This document shows positions 9,396 to 18,971 of a stretch of 64,000 bases of DNA, piece by piece (the first letter of the stretch is position 1; each line of letters begins with the position of its first letter). Source of the DNA: Pseudomonadota bacterium (GTDB lineage Bacteria > Bdellovibrionota_B > Oligoflexia > Silvanigrellales > Silvanigrellaceae); the NCBI GenBank assembly GCA_039799905.1, contig JBDLRP010000039.1, positions 139,749-203,748 of the forward strand, read 5' to 3'. The notes under the pieces are model-generated. The model was not told the DNA's origin and did not search any database. It was given only the letters and a program-made list of their open reading frames with translations. The position numbers and the translations under genes are program-made.

Positions 9396-10067
9396 GTGAT
9401 TGAAATTCTTGTCTGCACCGGAAAAAACGTAAACCAGCGTCATATTGCACGCGCAACCGATGCCCTGAGCAAGGGAGATATCGTCGTATTGCCAACTGAA
9501 ACGGGGTACTGCTTTGCTGGAAGGTCTGACCACAAGGCAACCCACAGCGCTCTTCTCAAATTGAGACAAGCACACCCGCGCCACAAACCGTTCAGTTTGC
9601 TCTGCGAGAATGCAAAACAGATCGGACAAATCTCTCAGGTCTCGACAGCTGCCTACAGGGTCATCAACAAAGTCCTCCCGGGGCCATTTACGTTAATTCT
9701 GCCTGTTCACCGAAATACCCCACAAACTTCGACCGGCGAGTTCCGCACGACAGTCGGCGTCCGGATTTCATCGCATCCCATCGCACAGGCCGTCTGCGCC
9801 GCAGTGCAGGTCCCGCTCATGGTCACAAGCGTCACCGACGGCGAAGAGCTGATTGCCGAGGGCTACACTGAGTCTGACTTTGAAGAACAGCTTGAGCGTT
9901 GGTGGACCAACGCCGAGGGAATCAGTCGGCACTCTCACGGCCTTGTCAAAATATTTCTTGCCGGAGAAGAGCCTCTGCCTCTGCACGTCTCGACTATCCT
10001 CGATTTGAGCACAGAAGGCGAAGTGCGGGTGCTGCGGGACGGAGGCTGGGAACTGAGCATCGCCTGA
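9396..10067 (+). CDS. Sua5/YciO/YrdC-family threonylcarbamoyl-AMP synthase-like protein
   Basis: VLPTETGY, KPFSLLC, LPGPFTLIL, TVGVRI, STILDL. GTG start after GGAG. Confidence 0.85.
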   Translation: MIEILVCTGKNVNQRHIARATDALSKGDIVVLPTETGYCFAGRSDHKATHSALLKLRQAHPRHKPFSLLCENAKQIGQISQVSTAAYRVINKVLPGPFTLILPVHRNTPQTSTGEFRTTVGVRISSHPIAQAVCAAVQVPLMVTSVTDGEELIAEGYTESDFEEQLERWWTNAEGISRHSHGLVKIFLAGEEPLPLHVSTILDLSTEGEVRVLRDGGWELSIA

Positions 10068-10138
10068 AGTCAAAAATCAGACAAAGCCGGCACTCCGTAA
10101 AAAAGATACCGTTCGTACTGCTGATGTCGGAGGTGTCT

Positions 10139-11212
10139 ATGAAAGCGCGTGCGCGTCAAGTCCTCATTCCAATCATGGCCGCAACCGCAGCGGCCGCCTG
10201 CAAACAACGCGGTTTCAATTCGACAGATCAACAGGCATCTTTGCGTGTGCAAACCGAAAAGATGGTCAGTTTCTGCCAGCCACCCACAGCACAAAAAATT
10301 CTCTGGGATGCACCGCGGGTGCAACAGGAAATATCAACTCTGCTGACAGAATACGGCTACAAAAGCAGTGGGCTGTCAGTCTATGCGGAAGTTTACCTGG
10401 CAATGACCGCCCAGCGTGACACTGCCCGATGTGAAACGACAAATAAAATGTACCCGCAGACCGAGCTCAACCGCAGACTCAACGATGCTCTCGCGGATTT
10501 GATGACGAAGGGTCTGGTTGGGAGTCAACGCGTGTGTCTGAAGTCGTTCGCCAATCCAGCTCTGGTCGTGCCCACCATCGGGCAACAACTTTGTGAATTG
10601 GGTCACGAAGCTCTCAACAAACGCTGGAGTGCACTCGAATTCACTATGGGCTCGACCGCACAGTATTTGACAAGCATCATGGGAATCGCATTGTCTGCAC
10701 TGCCTCACGCGAACATCCTTTGGCAGGACACGCCCTACACATCGCTGCAGGGACGCATCGCCTATATGAAGGCAGAATTCAAACCTGTTTATGACGCATT
10801 CAATTTGTTTCTTTCCGACAACCTTCATACCGTGGCCGACGTACTGATGAAGGAAAATCGCGTTGACTGCGGGCTCTTCAAACATGCCGTTGCAGCCGCC
10901 GAGGCAACCCGCGCACCGACGCTGGTTTTTAAAAATATCCGCGACAAAACTTTCGAGCTCGGACTCGATCTCGCCGTGGCATGGTCGCGCGGGTTTCATC
11001 CATTCACGGCCGGCGAGGCTGCTTGGAATCCGGAGCGTCCATTCGGCTCCTTTGTCAAAGAGCCTCCGGCACTCGATCAGTTACGCAGGCATGCGCGCGA
11101 CTCTGTCGGGCTGTTGAAAAATCCTCTTATGAAACTCTTTAAGAACAAAGATGCTGCCACCTACATTTCAGGACAAGGTCTGACATGTCCGCTGCCTGTG
11201 CAGCCCAAGTGA
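10139..11212 (+). CDS. Hypothetical lipoprotein
   Basis: GGAGGT RBS, signal ending AAAA-C-KQR, predicted helical body. Confidence 0.65.
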   Translation: MKARARQVLIPIMAATAAAACKQRGFNSTDQQASLRVQTEKMVSFCQPPTAQKILWDAPRVQQEISTLLTEYGYKSSGLSVYAEVYLAMTAQRDTARCETTNKMYPQTELNRRLNDALADLMTKGLVGSQRVCLKSFANPALVVPTIGQQLCELGHEALNKRWSALEFTMGSTAQYLTSIMGIALSALPHANILWQDTPYTSLQGRIAYMKAEFKPVYDAFNLFLSDNLHTVADVLMKENRVDCGLFKHAVAAAEATRAPTLVFKNIRDKTFELGLDLAVAWSRGFHPFTAGEAAWNPERPFGSFVKEPPALDQLRRHARDSVGLLKNPLMKLFKNKDAATYISGQGLTCPLPVQPK

Positions 11213-11363
11213 TTGAGGCAACTTCGAGAATGCATAGTTATCAAATACTGCGGAAAACAGGGTCTTTACCGTTAAGCTTAAATAGTTGGGTGAACGTCAA
11301 GCTTGGCTGCTCAAAAAAATAACCACAACTCAACATACAATGAGAGTCAAACAAAACTGAAAT

Positions 11364-13157
11364 TCAATCATCAAGTGTTACAAAATCCGAAACCTTGCTC
11401 CTTACGTTCTCTTTCATTTCTGCTTGAAGTGTTCCCAGATTAATATAACCCATCCCGTATTCATTAGTGTTAAAATCAAGACCACTGAACATCAATTCAT
11501 TGCTTCCACTCTTTGCAAGACTATAAATTTCAAATTTGAACTTGAGTGTTCTATCTCCCAACTCTCCATTGGTCGGTGTGCCATCAACCCACTTTTTGAG
11601 AGAGAAAACAGAATTCTTTGACTGCAGATAAAAAAAGTCCGAACCGATTTTCCAGATTTTTTTCACCTGTACGTCGGAAGGAAACGGCACAGGATTCAAC
11701 GCACCGGCAGCGGTAAGTCGCAAAATAGGAGTCTTCAAGGGTAGTCTACTACTGCTGCTGTTATATGCTGATTGAATCTCGGTTTCATTGGAGCTTGGGA
11801 CACTTGAATCAACACATCTAAGCCAATCAACCTGGGCTACTGAGTCACAAGCAGCTCCAACTTGATACGGACTACCGGTGTAGCAAACAACCTTACCCGG
11901 AGCGTAGTAATTAATGTCCGCCATCGCAGAGCCATTCGAATTTACAAAAAGATAATCTCCGTTCTTCTCAGGAATGATTGATCCGTAACTGAGATTATTA
12001 GAATATGTATAATCGACGCCCCCCGATTCACATGAAGCTCTAAATACCGCCGCATTTGGCTTCGCTTCCCCATTTGGGCCAATTTGAGGATTACTTCCAA
12101 GATATAGGCCCGAGGTTACGGGATTACCAACCTGAACAAGAATTCTATCTTCATCTTCTGCACTACCAAGCGATGGAGTGAAGGTTAGAATTTCTGGCTG
12201 AACCCAACCGCTCAAACCTGCACTTTTCGATGGGTGTGGACCAACATAGATCACTTTATCGTTGGGATCGTTTGGCACTGGGAAAAATAGCGTTGGTCCG
12301 GCTGTGGATTCCGCGATTTGCTGCAATGCTCCATTTTTATCCACATATCTGAAGACATTCGTGCCATTAACATTCGCTGTGTAGTACAATCCCCCATTTG
12401 GCGTGGAGAAAAATTTACCAACCATGATGTTTGAATTCACCAAGAGTTTCATTGAAGCGTCCGCAGGATTGATGCGAACAATTTCAGCATTCGCTGCAGC
12501 TTGGTTACTCCAAATTCGTAAAATAATCCGCCCCTGACCGTCAAATTGGAGAGTAGGTTGAGCACCCTGAACTCCCCAATTCACCGATTCTATTCGTTTA
12601 TTTTCAAGCCAAACAAGACATTCGAGCACGTCGGGTGAGGCATCTTCTCGGGTAAGTTCGTTTAAGTTGCCTGAGGCCTTAAAAATTTGGCAGGTCAATC
12701 CACTCTTAGACGTATCGTAAATCCCATCCGGAAAAAAAACGTAGACTTCACCAGTCGGTGCTTTGTAAATTTCAGGTGGCCGTCCGTATGTGTTTGCATA
12801 CTCCGAACCATCTTTGTTCACAAAAATATTTTTGATTTCCCGATTCTTAGTCACCTTGGCCACAGATGCCTTATTTTCGCTACCATCACCTAAATTGAAA
12901 GGCTCATCTGCGGAAAGGAGCAATCCTTGCCCCACAGTCGAGCCTCCAAGTTTCGCGAACCCAAGCGCTCCCCGCAGGTCTAGCATCGTCTTTGAAGGAT
13001 CAAAATTTCCAGATGGCCGTGAAGAGGAGGGAGAACTGGGAAGTTTATTTTCGGGGTTGCCCGCACCACTCCCATCTGACCCGCCAGGTGTCTTTTTTCC
13101 ACAGCTCAACAAAATGATTCCGAACACACCAAGAGTCAGTTTTGTGGTCAAATTCAT
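11364..13157 (-). CDS. Hypothetical surface lipoprotein, beta-rich (propeller-like), AT-rich gene
   Basis: Lipobox LLSC, Gly/Ser/Pro linker, 597 aa open frame, GGGAG RBS. Confidence 0.75.
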   Translation of the reverse strand: MNLTTKLTLGVFGIILLSCGKKTPGGSDGSGAGNPENKLPSSPSSSRPSGNFDPSKTMLDLRGALGFAKLGGSTVGQGLLLSADEPFNLGDGSENKASVAKVTKNREIKNIFVNKDGSEYANTYGRPPEIYKAPTGEVYVFFPDGIYDTSKSGLTCQIFKASGNLNELTREDASPDVLECLVWLENKRIESVNWGVQGAQPTLQFDGQGRIILRIWSNQAAANAEIVRINPADASMKLLVNSNIMVGKFFSTPNGGLYYTANVNGTNVFRYVDKNGALQQIAESTAGPTLFFPVPNDPNDKVIYVGPHPSKSAGLSGWVQPEILTFTPSLGSAEDEDRILVQVGNPVTSGLYLGSNPQIGPNGEAKPNAAVFRASCESGGVDYTYSNNLSYGSIIPEKNGDYLFVNSNGSAMADINYYAPGKVVCYTGSPYQVGAACDSVAQVDWLRCVDSSVPSSNETEIQSAYNSSSSRLPLKTPILRLTAAGALNPVPFPSDVQVKKIWKIGSDFFYLQSKNSVFSLKKWVDGTPTNGELGDRTLKFKFEIYSLAKSGSNELMFSGLDFNTNEYGMGYINLGTLQAEMKENVRSKVSDFVTLDD

Positions 13158-13730
13158 TTACAAGACTCCCTGTTATCTTTTGTTGGATCGGTTCGGTCGA
13201 GGATTAAGAAAATTAAGAACTATTTTACTACTCAGATTCTCAACAAATAAGTATCTATTTTTGTTATTATTTATAGCTATAAAAATCAGTCGATATGAAC
13301 TTTTCTACTGAATGTAGAGGCTCACAAAATTAGACGCAGTTCGAAAGAGAAACGAAACTTGAAATGCACCACAAAATTCCACACCACATGCTTTTAGAAA
13401 GTTTGTCCTTTTTCCCCCTGCACCTTGAAATGCGCGAGAACCAAAGAGGGAAACCAACACGAATCAAAATTAAACAAAATTACGGACTCTGAGCGGCCCG
13501 CGTGGGTGAGTTGACTGAAGAGTCGTATAGTGCATGAATTCGACTTTATACGTCGCTCTGGATGTTTGATTGCACTAATTTTATTGCATTTTTTAGAGCG
13601 AGAATCTTACCATTTTAAAAGATTCTCCAAAGAGGCTTATCTCACTTGCTCAGTAGACGTCCTATGCTATAGCACGGGCCCCTTCCGGACTCAGGCTGTC
13701 TGAGCCGGTTTTCATAAAAGTGAGGTTGCC

Positions 13731-14249
13731 GTGTTTTTCAGAGCTGCGCTCGTTTCGACTTTGTTTATTTCTGCCACTGGATTTGCTGTCACCGAGGCGG
13801 ACCTTCTCAACGCTGAGAATGTGTTTGCAGGACACGTCAAAAACGTTCAGTTCGTACAAAGCCACCTGAACAAAGTTGCTGCCGATACTGGTATGCCAAT
13901 CCCGACCGATGATGTTGGCGGAAACCCGAGCAACCCATCGCCTTGGTACGGTGAGCCAGAGGCCTGGACCGACCTCGTTGTTGCCATGCGCACATTGCAA
14001 ACTGTGACGAGCCGAGTGGAAGCATCGATGCCAAGCTTGAAGTTTGTTCTTTTCAACTTCCCAGTCTTCACCGTGCGTCACACTGCGTTGTGCACTCAGC
14101 TCAACCAAATTGTGACAGCTTGGACTGCACTTGAATTTGCAGATTCAACAACCCTGTTCCCAGTGCATCGTCTTGGACCAATCTTTTACCAAGACGCTCG
14201 CGCTGTAATTGACATTAGCCGTGGTCCAGCTGGTCTGCAGTGCCCATAA
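13731..14249 (+). CDS. Secreted hypothetical protein (tandem family member 1)
   Basis: GAGG RBS plus GTG start, signal peptide ending TGFA, ends LQCP. Confidence 0.7.
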   Translation: MFFRAALVSTLFISATGFAVTEADLLNAENVFAGHVKNVQFVQSHLNKVAADTGMPIPTDDVGGNPSNPSPWYGEPEAWTDLVVAMRTLQTVTSRVEASMPSLKFVLFNFPVFTVRHTALCTQLNQIVTAWTALEFADSTTLFPVHRLGPIFYQDARAVIDISRGPAGLQCP

Positions 14250-14260
14250 GGAAAGTCAAA

Positions 14261-14962
14261 ATGAAATTTGTTGCAAAAATCATTGCGGCCATTTGTGCCT
14301 GTGTTGTCTTAAGCGCTCCTAAAGTGGGCTTCGCCGATGAGCGTTCGCGTCTTGAGATTGCAATCGCATCGAGTCAGTATTTTGATTTCTTTACTTCCTC
14401 AGCTTTGAATTATTTGCAGGGTGCTTCCCCTGCATTCCCACAGTTTGATCCGCAAGCTGCGCGCGGTTCGCAATCAGGTATGCCCGTTGGATTTCCTCCC
14501 TGTGACCAGGGTGGAAGCTGGATGCTGGTTGACGACTCTGGCCCGTATTATGTTTGTGTTACCAGCGAGAACTATCGTTACTGTCCGAGCGGGACATCCG
14601 TTCAATATTTGTATGACCAAATAATGTACTGTGCGCCTTACTACACTCCAGACTACTCTTTCCGTGGCTTGGGTGAGCAGGAAAATGACACTCTTGCCAT
14701 TGAGGGTTTAAAGTGGTTCCAACGCTCTCAGAAGCACGCAGGTCTGAAATTTCGTGAGGCACTTCTCGCACTCAACAACAACGACTCTGTGCGGGCGCAG
14801 TCATTCAAGGCTGAAGGGTGTGGTCAATACAACGAGTCCAGCGTTGCCTTGGGTGCAACGACCTTCCCTGCGAATATGCCACCTTTGGGGTTCGTGAACG
14901 GAGCATTGCTCAACGACATGACGGCGGCACTGGATGCAACAAAAGCTGTTGTTTGTCCGTAA
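14261..14962 (+). CDS. Secreted hypothetical protein (member 2, Cys-rich insert)
   Basis: AAGGA RBS, signal ending VGFA, ends VVCP. Confidence 0.7.
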   Translation: MKFVAKIIAAICACVVLSAPKVGFADERSRLEIAIASSQYFDFFTSSALNYLQGASPAFPQFDPQAARGSQSGMPVGFPPCDQGGSWMLVDDSGPYYVCVTSENYRYCPSGTSVQYLYDQIMYCAPYYTPDYSFRGLGEQENDTLAIEGLKWFQRSQKHAGLKFREALLALNNNDSVRAQSFKAEGCGQYNESSVALGATTFPANMPPLGFVNGALLNDMTAALDATKAVVCP

Positions 14963-14975
14963 TGTGAGGTTTCCC

Positions 14976-15473
14976 ATGGTTCAGCTTTACTGTCGTTTGT
15001 CTGTCTTGAGTTCCGCTGTGCTTTCGCTTTGTGTATGCAGCGCTGCACATGCTCAAAGCCAGACGGCTCAATATGCACAAATTGCTCGTTTCAAAGCTGC
15101 ATCTGTGATTCTCGACAGGGTTGTCAGTGACGTGGCGGGTTTTAAGTATCCGGGGGTGAATACCTCGGATATTCCAGAGCTCATGTCGCCATATACAACG
15201 ATGCTTGTCGAGGCGACAGAGTCGTTGCGTCGCAATATTTCGTTGTCGCAGCGTCAGTTGGCAGAGCTGGCATTTTTCTGCGGGACTGGCATCATGAATT
15301 CCAAAAATCTCATTTTGCGCGAAATGCGTGGGCTGCTCCTACCGCAGAACCCGGGTGATACACCTGATCGCCTGCGGGCGGCTCATGCACCTGCAGTCGC
15401 GTTTTTTTCGGAACAATCAGCGGTGCTTGAAATCTTGCCGAGCGTGCTGGATTGTCAGCGCGCTGAGCGTTGA
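14976..15473 (+). CDS. Secreted hypothetical protein (possible member 3)
   Basis: GAGG RBS, signal ending AAHA, near-terminal Cys (VLDC). Confidence 0.6.
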   Translation: MVQLYCRLSVLSSAVLSLCVCSAAHAQSQTAQYAQIARFKAASVILDRVVSDVAGFKYPGVNTSDIPELMSPYTTMLVEATESLRRNISLSQRQLAELAFFCGTGIMNSKNLILREMRGLLLPQNPGDTPDRLRAAHAPAVAFFSEQSAVLEILPSVLDCQRAER

Positions 15474-16402
15474 AAAATCTCTTGCCATAGTTCGGGCGCA
15501 TCGCTCTTCATTTTTTGAGCGATTGCATCCATCGGGGTTGCTTTGTTGAAAGCGAAAGTTTCTTCGCATTGGCTCCGCCGACTCTCTTCCTCACGCTGAC
15601 ATGCATCTTTTGCGAATTGCTCCGCGGATTTTTGGTCCGTGTTCGAAAGTGAACCTGGCGTGAAAATATTCTGCCCAGCACCGCGGACGTGCAGTGCAAT
15701 GACACAGGGTTCAGAGTTCTCGCTTCGCTGGATCAGCGGCCCTCCCGATTCACCGGGCAGTGAGTCAACGTCATGAAGCAGGAAAGTGATGTTTGAGTCC
15801 TTGAGCTCGCGTACGATTTGGCCCGCGCTTTCGCTGAGGGGCAAGCCCTGCGGAAAACCCCAGAGGGAGACGCTCTTGAGCTCACGATTTGCTGAATTTT
15901 CCGGGCACGGTGAAATAAATTCTTTTGAGGGCGAATGAGCCCATCGAACAATCATGGCATCGAGGCCCGAGTCGTTCCAAAGTACCTCGGCTTTTGTGAG
16001 AGGCAGGATTTCGAAGGTTGTTGTTTCGCCAAGAAAGGACAGCTGCGAGAACTCATCAGCGACAACGAGCGAGAGCCAGTCTTCGTCGGTACTCTGGTAA
16101 TTCAAGCGGGCCTGTTGAAGAAATGTTTTGCAGTGAGACGCTGTCATAAAGAGCTGACTGCTGACAAAAAAGGCTGTGCATCGCGGACGTGGGTTCTTAA
16201 ATATATCCGGCACCTGGACACTGGGTGCAGCATCGACCGGATTCGGCTGAAGCCCAAAAACACTCGGAAGAGGACGATCTACGAAACGAAAGTCCGAACG
16301 ACCAAAAATCGTTGCTAGTTTTGCAGACTCAAAACGTCCACAGCCATTCAACAGAGCTATGAAAAAAAGTGATTGTATGAAGGGTAACCTAACTCGAGGC
16401 AT
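15455..16402 (-). CDS. Trypsin-like serine protease lipoprotein
   Basis: Lipobox LNGC; catalytic triad TASHC / GLDAMI / DSLPGESGGP. Confidence 0.85.
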   Translation of the reverse strand: MPRVRLPFIQSLFFIALLNGCGRFESAKLATIFGRSDFRFVDRPLPSVFGLQPNPVDAAPSVQVPDIFKNPRPRCTAFFVSSQLFMTASHCKTFLQQARLNYQSTDEDWLSLVVADEFSQLSFLGETTTFEILPLTKAEVLWNDSGLDAMIVRWAHSPSKEFISPCPENSANRELKSVSLWGFPQGLPLSESAGQIVRELKDSNITFLLHDVDSLPGESGGPLIQRSENSEPCVIALHVRGAGQNIFTPGSLSNTDQKSAEQFAKDACQREEESRRSQCEETFAFNKATPMDAIAQKMKSDAPELWQEIFQRSAR

Positions 16403-16532
16403 GAAAACCAACACTCCATGAGGCGAGAACGTGTAGGTCAACCACAGTAAACTCGACACTTCAAGGTCAAGGTTCCCAAAGTATTGAAGTGATTTCTATG
16501 ACAACGTCCAAGACTTTAAAAAAAGAGGCTTT

Positions 16533-17447
16533 CTAGAAAAGAAATTCGCAAAAGTTTTTCCAGTTCAGTTCAGCAAGTTCATCACTGGAAACTCCCCTGA
16601 TGACCGCAGCCTCGGCAATGACATCTGTCAGGAATACGGGTTCGTTCATATCGGGACGACCACCGTCGGCGAGCAGCGGAGACAGGTCCGGCGAGTCGGT
16701 TTCAAAGAGGATTGCCGCCGCGGGACAATTGACAAACGCCTGCCTGACCCTGCGTGCATCGGGCCATGTCAACACACCGCCGAAACTTGCGAATCCTCCA
16801 AGTTTCGCCAACCAATAAACGTCCTCAGCCGGCCCGCCATAACAATGAATCATGAATTTCGGCACTCCGGCCGCAAGCGCGGACTCAATCGAAGTGCGTG
16901 TCTGCTGCCAAGCAGATCTACTGTGAATCACCAACGGCAAACGCAATTCTGCCGACAACTGTGAACATTCCAAAAAGGCAAACTGCTGCGCACGCAGCAA
17001 TTCCTGCTTGCTCAGCCAGCCCTCGAGCATGTTTTTGTTGGCATCGAACCCCGTCTCACCAATCGCCCAAATCCACTTCTTAAAGCGTTCGGCCACACGA
17101 CGCATTTGCTGCGCATCGAAAATTGCCTGTGTCTCATCAAAACTACCGTCGGCTGCACGCCAGCGGCGAGCGATTTCCATTGGATGTAAACCCAGCGCAG
17201 GAAGTATTGCGAATCCATTTAAGTGCAACAAAGCCTGCTCAAAAGAATCGCGCCCATCGCAGCGAGCTATCACATCTGACGCAAAGTCAGAGAGAAGCCT
17301 TTCAAATGAGTCCCACCAGACTCCAGCACTGAGGCAGCCTCGCACTCCGCGCTGCTGTGCGCGCCCGCAGACCTCACGCCATTGAATCGCTGAAAAAGCA
17401 TCAGCGTGGGCGTGGGTATCAAATAATATGAAGGGGTGAACGCTCAT
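16533..17447 (-). CDS. tatD: TatD-family metal-dependent nuclease
   Basis: DTHAH, GLHP, IGETG, IHSR, IHCY, FETDSP. Confidence 0.9.
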   Translation of the reverse strand: MSVHPFILFDTHAHADAFSAIQWREVCGRAQQRGVRGCLSAGVWWDSFERLLSDFASDVIARCDGRDSFEQALLHLNGFAILPALGLHPMEIARRWRAADGSFDETQAIFDAQQMRRVAERFKKWIWAIGETGFDANKNMLEGWLSKQELLRAQQFAFLECSQLSAELRLPLVIHSRSAWQQTRTSIESALAAGVPKFMIHCYGGPAEDVYWLAKLGGFASFGGVLTWPDARRVRQAFVNCPAAAILFETDSPDLSPLLADGGRPDMNEPVFLTDVIAEAAVIRGVSSDELAELNWKNFCEFLF

Positions 17448-18952
17448 CAGTCTTTCTTGGCCAAAAGGGATTCAATGTATCCCTGCGTGGCCGGGAAATA
17501 GTAACCGACGCCAAATGAGACAGAGTTCCATGAGGTAAAATCGAAATACCTGCTTCTGTCCAATGCGGCTTTGTTGAGACTGCCGAAACCATGGACACCT
17601 AATTGCAGAAATACGTTTTGTGAAACGTAGTTGACCCAATCAGCCCCGACGTGAATAAGTGGAAAATTTTTCAGTTTGCGGGTTTCGGCATCGCGCGACG
17701 TCGCCTTATAGAAACCTGTTCCAAGGCCAAAAAAACCGCGCACCGCCCCCGCTGGTGTGACAAATGACAACACTCCATCCAGCGGAATGGAAAGCGCGAA
17801 TGCCCTAAAATCGCGTTGTTCAGCCGCTTCCGGATATTCCGAAATAAACGCACGTCCCTCGGAAGTGTCTCCATCAATTGCGACCCGGTTGTGGATTGAA
17901 TCAAAATACAACGACGGACCAAACTCAAAATCAACGTCCCAAGTCTCGTATTGGTCAGGATGCAAAACTGATGTGAGACTCAGTAATCCGACAAAACCCC
18001 GGTTCTTGATTTGTGTCTCGCGGTACGGAATCGAGGTTTTGTACTTCGGCGAGGGAGTTGAGGCGGATAATGCAAAACTGTTTGGCAACAGACGCAAAGA
18101 ACGGCCGAGAGTCTGCATCAACAAATTGCTCTGCAAATTCTCAAAACTCTCGCGAGAAAACTTCTTTTTAAAAGAGGAAATCTGCTTCTTTGTGTAAAGG
18201 TCCCAAAGTCTGAACTCCACCTCGACTTGCCCTCCGGCCGGGTCAGCGAGAACAACGTCGACTCCGCGGGTCGCTTGCGTATCGCGCAAGATTTGCACCA
18301 GCTGCCGCTCGCGGTGATTGCCGATGAGCTCAGAAAACAACTTTCCTTCCATGGACGAGCGCCGCATCGCGGCAACCATATCTGCAGGACCAACAAAGAT
18401 CGCACACTCACTGTCGAATCTGCGCGCGAATTCTTTTGCTTCTTCCATCAAAGCATACGATAGACTCAAGTCACTCTTGCCGGCGTAAGGTGGGATCACC
18501 AGAACAGGCGCACACTTCTCGTGAATCTCGGTTGCAACCGCCTCGGGCGGGTTGATGCTCTCGCTCACAGTGAATGGACACTCAAAAGCGTTTCCTGTGA
18601 AATAATCTGTTCCAATGGCGCCCGCTAGGAGCAAGCCGGCGAACGGCGGACTCGCCAGCACAAATGCAGCCAAACCGAGATTCCCCAAAAGCACGGTGCC
18701 GTAACGGAATTTACAATCAACCGAACGGACAGCAGAAAAATCACCCGATCCAAGTTTAAGCTCAAGCACACTGCTGCGCTCTGCCGCAAAGGTCACTGGA
18801 GTCTTTCCTGCAGCCTCGCCATTGACGATCAAATTTAGACCGCGCGGTTGCGAATCAAATGCGATGTGCCTTCGGGAACCGCCAATCGTCGCGCACCCAA
18901 GCAACATGCCGGAAAAACAGACTGCAATGATATTAATTTTCATGAATCTCAT
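17447..18952 (-). CDS. PEGA-like lipoprotein with probable C-terminal beta-barrel
   Basis: Lipobox LLGC-ATI, SQPRGLNLIVNGEAAGKTP (PEGA-like), C-terminal amphipathic strands ending GVGYYF. Confidence 0.65.
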   Translation of the reverse strand: MRFMKINIIAVCFSGMLLGCATIGGSRRHIAFDSQPRGLNLIVNGEAAGKTPVTFAAERSSVLELKLGSGDFSAVRSVDCKFRYGTVLLGNLGLAAFVLASPPFAGLLLAGAIGTDYFTGNAFECPFTVSESINPPEAVATEIHEKCAPVLVIPPYAGKSDLSLSYALMEEAKEFARRFDSECAIFVGPADMVAAMRRSSMEGKLFSELIGNHRERQLVQILRDTQATRGVDVVLADPAGGQVEVEFRLWDLYTKKQISSFKKKFSRESFENLQSNLLMQTLGRSLRLLPNSFALSASTPSPKYKTSIPYRETQIKNRGFVGLLSLTSVLHPDQYETWDVDFEFGPSLYFDSIHNRVAIDGDTSEGRAFISEYPEAAEQRDFRAFALSIPLDGVLSFVTPAGAVRGFFGLGTGFYKATSRDAETRKLKNFPLIHVGADWVNYVSQNVFLQLGVHGFGSLNKAALDRSRYFDFTSWNSVSFGVGYYFPATQGYIESLLAKKD

Positions 18953-18971
18953 GAATCAAAAAATTCCGACG

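Noticed and set aside
9899..10138. Upstream extensions of ORF-track calls (starts 2744, 9899, 19645, 29619, 51310, 63933 and others)
   Set aside because: They overlap neighbouring genes or the rRNA. Downstream starts have an RBS and/or place signal peptides at the N-terminus.
13510..13545. Hammerhead ribozyme (CTGAAGAG core)
   Set aside because: The downstream GAAA and stem III are missing.
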